A stretch of 63,537 nt of DNA, filler included, from Licmophora abbreviata (lineage: Eukaryota): assembly GCA_900291995.1 (NCBI GenBank). It is 33 parts of 33 records of this genome, joined end to end, with 100 filler letters (N's around TTAATTAATTAA, not from the genome) between each part and the next. Parts side by side here need not be neighbours in the genome. Positions count along the whole stretch, not along the records: positions 24,410 to 26,335 come from OLMU01006474.1; positions 26,436 to 28,341 come from OLMU01006475.1; positions 28,442 to 30,330 come from OLMU01006476.1; positions 30,431 to 32,311 come from OLMU01006477.1; positions 32,412 to 34,282 come from OLMU01006478.1; positions 34,383 to 36,235 come from OLMU01006479.1; positions 36,336 to 38,186 come from OLMU01006480.1; 26 more parts are not named here. One strand, given 5' to 3'. Numbering within the stretch: the first letter of the stretch is position 1; every line of letters begins with the position of its first letter. The notes under the pieces were generated by a model. That model saw nothing but the letters and a program-made list of their open reading frames with translations. It did not search any database and had not been told where the DNA came from. Shown here in pieces: positions 24,410 to 36,405 of the stretch. Both the position numbers and the translations under genes were made by a program.

Positions 24410-25600
24410 TACATGCCAGCGGGTTGCCCATACGGCGGCCCCAGCGGGGGGCGCATTCCGGCGGGTCCCATCGCCGGAGGTAGCACGCCCGGGTACGGAG
24501 CCATCAAGGAAGCTGGTCGAGGCTGAAGAGGCGATGGAGGCGCATTGTACATGTCTGCAGGACTGGCGTATCCCCACTGCTGCTGAGGAAACAGCGTTCC
24601 ACCGGCACTTAAAGCGCCCCCCTGACCTCCGCTGTAGGGAGAGTACCCGGGATTGCTACCAGAGCTGTCTTGGTGTTCCAGCATGGGTGGCGGTAGCATT
24701 TCATCAAACGAGTAGGATCGACTCGACGGCCTTGAGGCATATGGCTGCGGCGAGGCTGAGTTAGGAGGATAGGAGCTTGGTTGCTGCGCATTTCTGTGTT
24801 GAAGGTGGGTCGTTTGGGGGACAAACGCATGGTTGAAGCGACTCGAGTGTTGAGCAAACTGCCGCACAATTTTGGTACATCACCACTACACCCGCTTACC
24901 TTTCTACCCAAGGCTCGTCCGACGTGGCCGAGCCTGCCCCATTCGAGGCGAAGCTCGACGCAGCGTAGCTAGGATACATTCCACCGAAGCTCCCGCTACC
25001 CTGGCCAGGCGACAAATACGGCAAGCCCGAGGTCGACATTCCCTGCCCGGGCGTTCCAGGCGTCATCAGTGGCAAGCCAGTTGTCGGATCGCTGCCGCTC
25101 GCGTTGCTTGCACGCGGGAACAGTGGCGACGCAGGAGGAACGCTGTTACTCCGAGGAGATAAAGGTGGATGAGGGATTCCACCGTATTGGCCACTTCCAG
25201 GGGTTCCAAACTGCCCTCCAAGTGCAGCGTGCTGTTGAAGGAACGATGACACATCGTACACACCGTGCGGCCCAGCCGGAGAACTCTGTTCCGGAGTAAC
25301 CTGTGCTTGTGGGTAGACCTGCAAGTAGTATCCTGCACCCGGCTGTGGCGTCAGATGAGGAGGATACATCTGGGGATAGGAACCAACCTGGGCATTCGGC
25401 GACAATGGCTCTGCATGTCTGACGCCGCCGACCGGCACAGGGTTTTCAATGGCAACTTCCCCAGTCTGGTTGCGATTTTCTTCGCTTTCTTCTTCAGTAG
25501 AAATGGGCTTGGATGACTCTGGCTGGGTAGTTTCATCAGGTTTTGCTTCTGGCTTTGCATCGTTGACATCATTATCCGTCCCTCCACCGCCAGAGCTCAT
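24410..25600 (-). CDS. Pro/Gln/Ser-rich N-terminus of a probable regulatory or RNA-binding protein, intron 24794..24899
   Basis: GTAAGC..CAG intron joins ORFs 24896..25687 and 24358..24867 in frame. Confidence 0.65.
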
Positions 25601-26435
25601 TGTGCCAGTGTCAGTGGTGGAGGACGATAGGATTGTGCTTCTTGGGGAAGGAATGGTGGCGGTAAAGAAGCGAGACTTACAGCCCACAAGCTCGAAAACC
25701 CTTGATCAGAGTCTTCGTTGCTTCAGGAAGGGGGCATAAGTCTCTGCACTGTAACGCAAAGCGGCAAACGGGTCAGTCTACAAGGATAAGATCGTTTCGA
25801 AAGATACTTCGATTCGGCATATTCCAACAAGTTTAAGTCCATCGTACCTCCCCAAAATGTACAGCGAAACCAGTCTGTCAAGAGGAATATGGTGAAACGC
25901 AAAATAAGTAAACTGCCGTGTGTCTAGTGCCAATAGATGCACGCAAGGAGCAACACAGTAGGTTCCAGGATCGAGCGAGGATACCGGCTAAATCTAAATC
26001 GAAACGATGACCGCTACTTGATTTTGTACCAGAGACTGCGTAGAAACCTAGGAAAAGAGCCTTTGTGTTCTCACTTTGACACACGACAGAAAGATTCAAT
26101 GTTTATCGAACTTAGGATCCAAACCATTTCACTTTTCGCCCGCATACCCTCACGAACAGGCTGGTGCTAATCTTGCAGGTCGGATTCATCAACACTCACG
26201 AGAAATTGGTCAATGGACGCTGTATCTTTTGTCGCAGGAGCCTATGATATAGAGACCCACAGAACAAAAAGCTGTGTCAATTCCAAGTTGAGGTTCCGAC
26301 TGGAACTCCAGTAGACTTTCTACATGCTACAGAAANNNNNNNNNNNNNNNNNNNNNNNNNNNNNNNNNNNNNNNNNNNNTTAATTAATTAANNNNNNNNN
26401 NNNNNNNNNNNNNNNNNNNNNNNNNNNNNNNNNNN

Positions 26436-27502
26436 GAGTGAACCCGATCTCCATCTTTGCTCTTTCCACCTTCACCTTCACGCGCTGGACCATGATTGCG
26501 CACCACGTGTGCCACGGTGGATACGACAAGTGCCACCCACAGAAGGGCCGCTTCAATCGATTCAAGTTTGCGATTGGATCCTTCTGGCGTCGCTTCTGTG
26601 ACTGGCTCGACTGGATGATGCCCGAGGCCTGGAATGTCGAACACAACAACCGTCATCACTACAATTTGTCCGAGATTGATGATCCGGACTTGGTCGAAAA
26701 TAACACGTCCGAACTCCGGGCTTCTTCCGCTCCCATGGTCTTCAAGTATGCCGCCGTTGCCTTCATGATGGCTACTTGGAAGTGGTTCTACTACGCTCCC
26801 AATACCTACAAGGAGCTCAAGCTCGCAAAACTCCGTCGCGAGGGAAGGCCCCTGCCCAAGGGCGTCAACCCGGCCGATGCCATTTCCATCAAGGGCATTA
26901 TGCAGGGAAACAACCCCTTCTATTCCACATGGGAATTGATGACTGTTGTCATTGGGCCCTATCTAGTGATTCACTTCTTCGCCCTCCCGCTTCCTCTCCT
27001 CTTCCTTGGACAATATCTGGGCCTTGAAAGCACTCTCTACTGGAACGCCGTGTGGAACTTGGTCTTTGCCGAAATTCTCACCAACATGCATGCGTTCCTC
27101 GCCATTGTTACCAACCATGCCGGAGACGATATGTACCGCTTCCGCAATGGCTGCCGGCCTTTCTCAGGCTCCTTTTACCTCCGCCAAGTTCTTGCCTCCG
27201 TTGACTTTGCCATGGGAACCGACTTGATTGACTTTATGCACGGATACTTGAACTACCAGATCGAGCATCACTTGTGGCCCAACCTCTCCATGCTGAGCTA
27301 CCAAAAGGCAGCCCCGCAGGTGCGAGAGATCTGCGCCAAGCATGGTGTGCCGTATGTGAAGGAAGGCGTATTTTTGCGACTCAAGAAGACCATCGACATT
27401 ATGGTCGGGTCCGCCAGTATGAAGTGGTTCCCTGAAAAGTACGAGAGTCTGTACTTGGAGAAGGATGCTCTCAAGATGAAGGATTCGCTGACATCAAAAT
27501 AG
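26436..27502 (+). CDS. Membrane fatty acid desaturase, 5'-truncated
   Basis: His boxes HHVCH, HNNRHH and QIEHH. Confidence 0.9.
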
Positions 27503-27595
27503 AGAGGCTACAGATGTAAGGTACATAGAGAGTATGCTTGTGTTTGAGATTTCTAGTGTGACGATAGCTAGAGAGCGGCCAGGTTTCTTCTGCCG

Positions 27596-28341
27596 CTATC
27601 GACTGCTACCGACCCTGAGCGACTCCTCCTCTTCCGCTTCGTCCCTCGTTCGTTTGGAAAGATTGGGCTCCTCCTCGCTGGTTTGTACAGTGGAAGTGTT
27701 CGTAGACGGTTGGCTTGTTTGACTTGCAGCGGCTGCTACTCCGTCGTCGACCATAAGATGTTCCAGCAGTTTGTCGGGCATGTTTCCGCCAAGCTCCATG
27801 ACGCCGCGTTGTCCCGTTGCAACCTTTACATACTGGTAGAGCGTTAACAGAAAAATACAATGTGAATTTGATACAAAGGTGCTCATTCGACAGGCAAGAG
27901 CCTCCTTTGTGAACGCACCTCCTTCGCTTGAAAGTGGAGCTTGGCTCGTTCCTCAGCCGACAAGTCTCGCAGTTTTCGAGCAGGGTTTCCAACCCACAAT
28001 TCCCCAGATGGTACTCTTGTTTTGGGAGATACGACCGCCCCGCCAGCAACAAAGGCTTCCGATTCGACCACGGCCCCTTCCAGAATCATACTTCCCATAC
28101 CAATCAAGGAGTGATCCTTCACCGTCGCTGAATGAATCTGGGCCAAGTGACCGATTGTGACGCCCTCGCCCACAACAGTATGATCGCTTCGAGCAGTCAA
28201 GATACATCCGTCCTGCACATTTGAGTCTTTACCAATGTAAACTCCTCCGCCGATGCCTCGACTCTCGTCAAACTTTTCACGATGCGCTCGATCTTCGTCC
28301 AAGGCCCAAGGTGATTCCTCAAAACTGGCAACATTTTCATT
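27596..28341 (-). CDS. Gamma carbonic anhydrase-like (LbetaH) protein, intron 27833..27918, 5'-truncated
   Basis: YIGKDSNVQDGCI, VTIGHLAQIHSA, LIGMGSMIL, GELWVGNPARKLRDL. Confidence 0.85.
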
Positions 28342-28441
28342 NNNNNNNNNNNNNNNNNNNNNNNNNNNNNNNNNNNNNNNNNNNNTTAATTAATTAANNN
28401 NNNNNNNNNNNNNNNNNNNNNNNNNNNNNNNNNNNNNNNNN

Positions 28442-30330
28442 GCGGATCAGGCGCTGTCTGCCTGCAAGAAGAAATGACGTGGTGGGCGGTTCAGGACTCC
28501 TCTGTCGTCGGAGTTGGAGCCGGACAGAGGTTGCTCGGAACCGCAAGAACCGGAAGGTGGTGGTGGTGGAGAGATGTTGAAAGGGGACCCTCCGGAGTAT
28601 GCCCGGTTGGGAGTCGAGTCGGGGACGATCGAGGCGACTGACAGTCGAGGGGGGATGGGAGTTGTTGCTCGGAGTTTCCCCTGGTCGGGACTCCTCTGTC
28701 AAAAGCTGGGAGTGGAGCTGTCCTGGGTGATCCTTGAGGAGCCTGGCCTGGTGGGTTACGTCAAGAGGACCTGCGGACCGGGTGTGAAGGTGGTAGCTCA
28801 GGGGAGGCGGGATGACTGGGCAGACATGTTGCGGTCTGTGCCAGTGTCTATCCTGGTGTTCAAAGACAGAGGCTTTGGGGAGAACGGGGCGGCGTTGGCG
28901 TCCGCTCCGGGCCTAGAGGGTATCGTCTCGTTCGGGCCGTTTCGGAAGGTCAGGGGATGGATCCCAGGTTGGGAGTCAGCTGAGGTCCCAGTGACCCACG
29001 CTTACGTCGGAGGGGTGACCGCGGGAACGTGGCGCGCTCGGTGCTGGCGAAAGGCTGGGGAGGGACATGCGGGCGGGACCGGGGTTGCGCGGCTGCCGGA
29101 AGTCAGAGGGCGGCCGCGTCAGGATCTACGGTCAATGCTCAAGTTTGGAGGTGAGGGCGAGAGGTGCAGGGCGCCAGACCACGAGCCAATGGAGTCGGCA
29201 CCTAGAGTAGTATGGGCGCGAGGGACCAAGTCCGTCTGGAGCTGGGGACTCTTTCCGGCGGGGAAAGGTGCGCGGACTCAGGTCCGATTGCGACACTTCG
29301 GTCGTGGTTGGGTGGAGCGCGGTTTGACTACGGTGGAGCGGCTCATGATCCTGGACGTTCCCGAGAGTCTCCCCTTGGAGTTCGAGGAGAGAGAGCTTGG
29401 TGTGGCCTTGGAGTCGATTTGTGTGCCACAGAAGGTCAGGCACGCGGTGTTCGAGGCGGTACACTGTTGGTTCTGGCCTGAAGGAGGGGGCCACAAACGG
29501 GACAGGGACCCGGGCGAGGACGAAGGGGGTCTAAGCCATGTTACCAAGCGGATGAAGGGCAGGTGGTCAAAGGTAGAACGGGCGAAGGGACGGAAGCCCA
29601 AGTTTGGAATGCTACAGCACTACACGGAGGTGAAGCAGAACCTGAAAGCTCTGCTGAAATATTCAAGGGCCCTCTAGCTTCTAAGGGGAGTGCCAACGCT
29701 CTATCCTTGGAAGTCTTGCAGAGATCGGGGGCCCATCTCGGAGGGGATCTGGGGGGGGATTCATACGCACCGACAGCCAGCCAAGCCTCATCGGGCGAAG
29801 GTTGCTGTGCCGATAGATGATTGGATCAAGCTTCGGAGCGGAGTGGTGTACGAACTCGTTTGGCGACGAATTAGTACTACCTGGATTTTGAGGACCAACG
29901 CCGGGGTTGACGCGTTGGTTTGAAGTGGCTCTTGTTACGGAGCCAGCGATGGACTTATCCACGCGATCCCCGCCCACCGCGACCCGGACAGGATCCTCGA
30001 GGACTCGTTCGGGCTAATCGCGGAAGATGATTTCGAGCATCTGGGCCGCATCCTCCGACTGGGAGCACCCACAGTATTCCGTGAATACGGAACCCACGCC
30101 GAATTCCGCCAGTACCGCGAGTATGGAAACCACCAGTCCTTGGAAGCGAACATCGGCAAAGTCAGAAAGGCACTTATCAAGGACGACGCCCGGTGCAACG
30201 CCATTTACTTACCTGAATGGGTCACCGAGTTCGTCCCCGACATTATGCTTACTCCCCTGGGCTTCGCCAACGACAGGTTGATTGTTGATTCCTCCTTCCA
30301 AGTGACACCGGACAGCAAACCGTATAATGG
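28442..30330 (+). mobile_element. YR/DIRS-like retrotransposon fragment: C5-MTase-like ORF followed by RT N-terminus
   Basis: 29924-30330 reads HRDPDRIL..RILRLGAP..YGNHQS..PEW..F.P...TPLG...RLIVDSS; same frame as ORF 28514..29677, with stops at 29675 and 29921. Confidence 0.6.
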
Positions 30331-30518
30331 NNNNNNNNNNNNNNNNNNNNNNNNNNNNNNNNNNNNNNNNNNNNTTAATTAATTAANNNNNNNNNNNNNN
30401 NNNNNNNNNNNNNNNNNNNNNNNNNNNNNNTTTTTCGAACTTCTTTCGATTCTTTTTTGAGGGGGCTGAATTCAGGCGGAATTCGGCCCCACTTGCCACC
30501 GGATCGCCCTCGTATATC

Positions 30519-30625
30519 ACCGGCCCAGATTGGGCGTCAGGGTCCTGATCCGGGCCGTTTGCCAGCAAAACAAGCTATATTGACATATATGCCGCCAAGC
30601 ATGGCCTTCGCATGGCGGCATCTGT
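30519..30625 (+). ncRNA. Candidate alphaproteobacterial sRNA (two hairpins); strand uncertain
   Basis: CGGCCCAGATTGGG/CCTGATCCGGGCCG stem, A-rich linker, ATGCCGCCA/TGGCGGCAT stem; CTTGCC..TATAT upstream. Confidence 0.35.
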
Positions 30626-30844
30626 GATCTCTGCGGATGACCCTCCCCTTGGTCGCCACGGCGTCTGCGTCACGCCGGGTCTCGCCCCCCCCTGCCCCTG
30701 CGTCAGGGAGATAAAACGCGATTCGTCTGCGCCCTTGGCGGGCGAATCCCGCGTCGTTGAGGCGACTCAATCCCGACTCGCCAGAGCCCCCCATGCGCAT
30801 CATCAAGCTAGCGCCTGCGCGCACGTCCGCTCTGCGGTCCCGGC

Positions 30845-31309
30845 TCAGCCCTGCAGCACGCCTGGCCAGTTCTCGTCGGCGCTGCGAATCCGTCCGGGAA
30901 TGTCGCGGGCCCACAAGGCGCGCACAGCGCGATTGTAGTTCAGATAAAGCCGCCCCTCATGAATCGACCACGCGCGCGGATCGGTACTCGCAGTGTAGCC
31001 CTGCGAGACCGCATACGCACAATAGCCGCCATATTGCGGCGCATAGGCTTCGGGGTCCGCATCGAAGGCGGCACGATTGGCCTCGCTCGAGAATCGCCAC
31101 TCCACGTCTTTCCAGACCAGCGCATACTCTGCCCGGCCCTCGACCGCCTTGCCTTCGGTGAAATAGGCCACCGGATCATGGCCATTGGCCGCAAGCCCGT
31201 CTCTCAGGAACACTTCGGGTTCCGCGGCATGGGCGGGCTTCCCTTTCATCAAAAGGGCGGCAGGCAGCCCGGCGGCAAGCCCGGCAAGAAGCAGGCGTCT
31301 GGTCAACAT
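30845..31309 (-). CDS. YHS-domain protein with Tat-like signal (bacterial)
   Basis: TRRLLL; GHDPVAYF, WRFSSEANRAAF, YAPQYGGYCAYAVS, LYLNYN. Confidence 0.9.
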   Translation of the reverse strand: MLTRRLLLAGLAAGLPAALLMKGKPAHAAEPEVFLRDGLAANGHDPVAYFTEGKAVEGRAEYALVWKDVEWRFSSEANRAAFDADPEAYAPQYGGYCAYAVSQGYTASTDPRAWSIHEGRLYLNYNRAVRALWARDIPGRIRSADENWPGVLQG

Positions 31310-31416
31310 GGTCTATCCTCCGCAACCACTGAACGATGCACGTAACATGCCCCGCCCTGACCCCCTGCAAAAGACCGCCCACGGCGAAGTGATCGCCCGT
31401 GACGCCGCCGCTTGGG

Positions 31417-32311
31417 TCAGAAACTCAGCGTCGCTGCGACGGCACGTTGCCAGGCACCGTATTTGCGCGCCCGTTCCCCCGCATCCATCGCCGGGGTGAA
31501 CTGCCGCTCGAGCGCCCATGTCCGGGCGAAGTCCTCGCAGCCGGGATAAAGCCCGATCTGCATCCCCGCCAGCCACGCCGCGCCAAGCGCCGTGGTTTCC
31601 AGAACCTCCGGGCGATCGACGGGCGCATCTATGATGTCCGACAAAAACTGCATCGCCCAGTCCGACGCGCTCATCCCGCCATCCACCCGCAAGGTGGCAA
31701 CCTGTCCCTCGCCCGCCTGCGCGGCCCAATCGGCGCGCATCGCCTCGAGCAGATCGCGCGTCTGGAAGCCCACGCTTTCAAGGGCGGCGCGGGCGAGTTC
31801 CTCGGGCCGCGAGTTGCGCGTCAGGCCGAACACGGCGCCGCGGCATTCGGCATTCCAATAAGGCGCGCCAAGCCCGGTGAAGGCCGGCACCAGCACCACG
31901 TTCTGCGCCGGATCGGCGTTTTCAGCCAGCGGCTGCGTTTCGCTTGCTTCACGGATCACTTTCAAGCCGTCACGCAGCCATTGCACCACGGCCCCTGCAA
32001 TGAAGATCGAGCCTTCCAGCGCATAGGTCGGCTGGCCATCCAGCTGATAGGCGATCGTCGTCAAAAGCCGATTCTGCGACGCAACGGGCACCTGCCCGGT
32101 ATTGAGCAGGGCAAAGCACCCCGTGCCATAGGTCGATTTCATCATGCCCGGCGTGAAACAGGCCTGCCCCACTGTCGCCGCCTGCTGATCGCCCGCAACA
32201 CCCCGGATCGGGCGTCGCAGCCGAAAAGATCGGCGCGGGCCACGCCGTAATCGGCGGCACTGTCGCGCACCTCGGGCAACATCTGCATCGGGAATNTCCA
32301 GCAGCTCGCAG
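31417..32311 (-). CDS. glpK: Glycerol kinase, 5'-truncated (bacterial; low-quality 5' end)
   Basis: [43 protein letters not shown]. Confidence 0.95.
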
Positions 32312-32411
32312 NNNNNNNNNNNNNNNNNNNNNNNNNNNNNNNNNNNNNNNNNNNNTTAATTAATTAANNNNNNNNNNNNNNNNNNNNNNNNNNNNNNNNN
32401 NNNNNNNNNNN

Positions 32412-33008
32412 CAGCACATGGGCGCGATAATAGGCCTCCAGCGTCAGCACCCCGGTCAGATCCTTGGTCGTATTGGCCCGCGATCCCGGGCCGATCACCA
32501 GCGCGTTGATGGTGATCCCGTCAAACTCCGCGCCGCGCAGATCGCCGGGATGCGGCCCGCGATTGGCCGGCCCGTCGCCCGAGATATCCAGCGTTTTGGA
32601 CCAACACTCTGCCTGCTGACCCAACAGCATCGCGCCATGCAGCATGGCCGATCCGATCGCCGTGGCCGGATCCTCATAGACCGATTGCGTGGCCTCCAGC
32701 CGCCGCGCCACCGCCTCCAGATCCTGTGCGCTGTCGATGCGGCGCCAGCCCGCCAGACGCCGCTGATCTGCGAGCCCCGCCCATTCGAACACCAAAAGCC
32801 GCACCGGCGCCTGCGGCATCGCCAGAAAGGCCCGCTGCACCTGTGCATCGCGCAGGGCTGTGGCCAGCCCGTCCAGCTGCAGCCGGTATTCGCGCGCATC
32901 GACCGATCCCGACACATCCAACCCAAGCGCGAGCGCCTGCCGACAGGCCGCCTGCGCGCCTTCGGCCAACGCCGCGCACAGCCACAGCGCCGCCAGCGCC
33001 GTTCTCAT
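32412..33008 (-). CDS. DUF1194 (vWA-like) protein, 3'-truncated
   Basis: ACRQALALGLDVSGSVDAREY, TAIGSAM, LDISGDG; ATGA overlap with the upstream gene. Confidence 0.9.
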
Positions 33009-33706
33009 CCCGGCCCGTTTCCGTCGTCACGGGGCAGGGCGCCCAGCATGATATCGTTGATTTCCCGAAACAGCTTGCGGCTCATCGCCCGTTCGAAATC
33101 CTCGAACCCCTCGGCCACCTCCAGAAAGGCGTTCTGCCCCCGGATCACTTCCTCGCGGTAAAACCTCACCACCTCCGGATCGCCCTGCAGCACCACCAGC
33201 CCGTTGACCGTCACCTCGTCCAGCGGGAAATGCTTGTAGGCCAGCAGCGGCCCGAACCCCTCGTTGTTCAGCCCGTCGCCCGAGATGTCGATCACCCGCC
33301 GCGTGCAGTCCGGCCCGCGCCGCAACGCCCCCGCCGCATAGCCTAGGCTATAGCCCATCGCGGTGGGAAACTCGCTTTCGCTGCGCGTGGCCCCCGCCAG
33401 CGTCGCCACCGCCCGGTCGATATCGCCCGCGTCTTGCAGCGCCGTCCAGTCCAGCACCACGCTCTGCTTGCGCTTGCCGCTCCACTCATAAACCATCAGC
33501 GCCACATGCCCCTCGCCCCCCTCGAGGATCGCGTGACGGATCTCCGGCGCATTGAGCGCCGCCGCCAGCCCGGTGCGCTGCAACCCGTATTCCACCTCAT
33601 CCACCGATGAGGACACATCCATCGCCAGCACCAGCGCCAACCGGCACGCCGCCGCGGCAGGGCCAGCCAGCCCTGCCATCAGCATCAGCGCCAGCGCCGC
33701 CCTCAC
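33005..33706 (-). CDS. DUF1194 (vWA-like) protein
   Basis: CRLALVLAMDVSSSVD, IDISGDGLNNEG, RKLFREI; GTGA overlap with the gloA stop. Confidence 0.9.
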   Translation of the reverse strand: MRAALALMLMAGLAGPAAAACRLALVLAMDVSSSVDEVEYGLQRTGLAAALNAPEIRHAILEGGEGHVALMVYEWSGKRKQSVVLDWTALQDAGDIDRAVATLAGATRSESEFPTAMGYSLGYAAGALRRGPDCTRRVIDISGDGLNNEGFGPLLAYKHFPLDEVTVNGLVVLQGDPEVVRFYREEVIRGQNAFLEVAEGFEDFERAMSRKLFREINDIMLGALPRDDGNGPG

Positions 33707-34131
33707 CAATGGCCTGTATTCTCCATGCTGGCCCACGGCTCCTGCGGCGGCAGCGGCTCGCCCTCCTGCAAAAGCTCGATCGAGATATTGTCCGGGCTGC
33801 GCACGAACGCCATCCGCCCGTCGCGCGGGGGCCGGTTGATCGTCACCCCATTGGCCTGCAAATGCGCGCACATCGCATAGATGTCCTCCACCGCATAGGC
33901 CAGATGCCCGAAATGCCGGCTGTCCGAGGGCAGCCCCTCATCGCCATCCCAGTTCCACGTCAATTCCACCGGGCACGCGTCTTGTCCCTCGGGTGCCATG
34001 AAGACCAGCGTGAACCGCCCCGCCTCCACATCCGTCCGCCGCGTCTCCTTCAGCCCCAGAAGCGCATAGAATTTCATGCTTTCTTCCAGATCCTTCACCC
34101 GGACCATCGTGTGCAGATACCTGATGCGCAT
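33703..34131 (-). CDS. gloA: Lactoylglutathione lyase / VOC family protein
   Basis: YLHTMVRV, ELTWNW, FGHLAYAV, MAFVRSPDNISIELLQ; GGAGG RBS. Confidence 0.9.
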   Translation of the reverse strand: MRIRYLHTMVRVKDLEESMKFYALLGLKETRRTDVEAGRFTLVFMAPEGQDACPVELTWNWDGDEGLPSDSRHFGHLAYAVEDIYAMCAHLQANGVTINRPPRDGRMAFVRSPDNISIELLQEGEPLPPQEPWASMENTGHW

Positions 34132-35840
34132 GTCTTCCCTCCATATGTTGCGTCGCCCCACAGGATAGGCCCATTCCCGCCCCTGTCGAGCCTTCTGCCA
34201 TCCCACCCGATATTGTCGTTTTCACGCCCCCCCTCCGCAAGATATAGTAAAGCCGACTCGGAACAGCCCCCGCGCAGCGAAANNNNNNNNNNNNNNNNNN
34301 NNNNNNNNNNNNNNNNNNNNNNNNNNTTAATTAATTAANNNNNNNNNNNNNNNNNNNNNNNNNNNNNNNNNNNNNNNNNNNNCAGTTCTGTATCCGTCAT
34401 GACACAGCGCTGCGACGAAGCGCGTCCAACAATAAGGAGGACAGCCAGCAGAAGATGCTGCAGGGAAAGTCTGGCTGGGGAGGACGACGATGGCATGGTA
34501 AAAAAGGAGCTTCAGATTGGTGGACTCTAGTAGATTCTTGATGTTTGTGCGGTTGCGAAATTCGGACCCGTCAACAAAATTGTGAGTTTGTGTGTTTTAA
34601 CGGCGGTAATACCATCAATCCAAGTTGAGGGCCGCGGAATCAATCGCGCCAAAAAAGGAAAGTCCCGATTATTTCGTTCTTCTTTAGCTTCACGATAAGA
34701 CTGTACGTTTTACGGATGATAGCGGAGTACTTCAGCAACAACTAAATTGAGTTGTGGAAAGTTTTAGGGGTTCACGCCCCGGTGTGCGCTCTCAGACGGT
34801 CTTTTTCATCTCCTCGTCACAAATTTTTCGAATTCATTTCTTTTGTTATTGTCTTTTATAAAGGATAGACGGACATGTATTATATTTAATCGATTCAAGT
34901 CAATCGACGCTAACCATACTACGTACCTTTCGTGAGAACACGGTGACTTGACTTACCGGACGGCACTACAGACGAGTGCAGAGCGTACTGTGACTTAACT
35001 GTACCTGTATCTGCACCTTTCCTTATCACACCGGTGCGGGACACAATTATGTACACATCATGTACAGGCGAGAGCAGGATCTCTTGGCTATCAACCGTGC
35101 TGTCGAGAAGAATGAACTGGATTTTTTTCCTTACGCTAATCTAGTCTAAAGACCAATGCCTCGTTGCAACGCACTTTTTGTAGCTCATACTATACCACTT
35201 CTAAGACCTATCCTGTCGATCTTCACTCTTTTCCATTATCGAGCCGTTCGCGAAGATTGTTCAGTCCGAGGAGCTCCGTTGCGTCCTTCCGAATATCGCT
35301 GTGGAGCTGCGGAGTTTCCCTTGCCTTTAGTACAGCAGATCTTCCAGTCGAGCCTGCATGTACTCGTATTCCAATTTCATTTTCTTGTTCAAGTAAATTA
35401 GGACCTTGAGCGGCAATCTTTTGTCAATCATTTTCTTGAAGGCGGTCTCATCGACGAAAGGTTGCCGCGAATCGCGTGCGAGAGCCGCCAGAGCGCCAAT
35501 TCGACCACCACGATTCCGATGACGACCGCCAAGACGATCCCTTTTGCAAGCTGGACTTGACGGTTCCGCTTGTCGTGTTTGTCATCGAGTTCACCTCTTT
35601 TGACTGTCGAGGGAGCCATGGTAAAGCAGCTTTTCAAGTTAGATCTAGGATGCTCGAACCAGTGCCTGAGCCAAACGACGTTGTGTGTCAACGGCGGGAC
35701 GAATTCTTTCAGATCAAATTTCTATCTCTAATGTTAAAAGTGCATTGCATGAGGGGAAACGGGTAGCAGCTCAATCCAGCCTTCAAAGCAACCGTGTCTA
35801 CCTTCCACTACTGCTTTCACGTAATCGTATCAAGCATCTC

Positions 35841-36235
35841 TCAAAACGTGTAGGCGAACCAAAGACACGTGTTCAAAATGGCCAAAAGGATCATGCCAGC
35901 AGCAGCAGAATGGCCTGCCACAGCTGCATCCGAAGTAGCACTGGGCAATTGACCCTGCTCAAACTGTTGTGCAATGTCAGGCGGCGTAGGAGGTGAGAGA
36001 GTGGGTGCTTGAGAGGGCACAACCGACGGAGGGGTCGAGGGAACACTGGACGGAGAGGTCGAACTTGTAACCGACGGCGAGGCCGATGGCACGCGCGACG
36101 GAGAGGTCGAACTTGTGACCGATAGCGAGGCCGATGGCGAACTAGAAGGAGCAATCGTTGTACTCACCGAAGGGAAAGTCGTCGGACTCTCCGCAGGTGC
36201 ATCCGTGCTTGGAGGCTGTGCGGTCCCGACAAACG
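35841..36235 (-). CDS. Ser/Pro/Thr-rich C-terminus with hydrophobic tail (cell-surface protein)
   Basis: PSxxPS repeats ending AAAGMILLAILNTCLWFAYTF*. Confidence 0.55.
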
Positions 36236-36405
36236 NNNNNNNNNNNNNNNNNNNNNNNNNNNNNNNNNNNNNNNNNNNNTTAATTAATTAANNNNNNNNN
36301 NNNNNNNNNNNNNNNNNNNNNNNNNNNNNNNNNNNCCAAGTTTTCAACTCTCACAGCCAAGATTACAATGGAGTCTGCCTAGGGGGGTTCATGCAGAACA
36401 GTCAA

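Noticed and set aside
30845..31309. YHS protein as a selenoprotein
   Set aside because: The GGYC position is a Cys codon; there is no in-frame TGA.
31399..34338. Long plus-strand ORFs opposite the bacterial genes
   Set aside because: Shadow ORFs expected in high-GC DNA.
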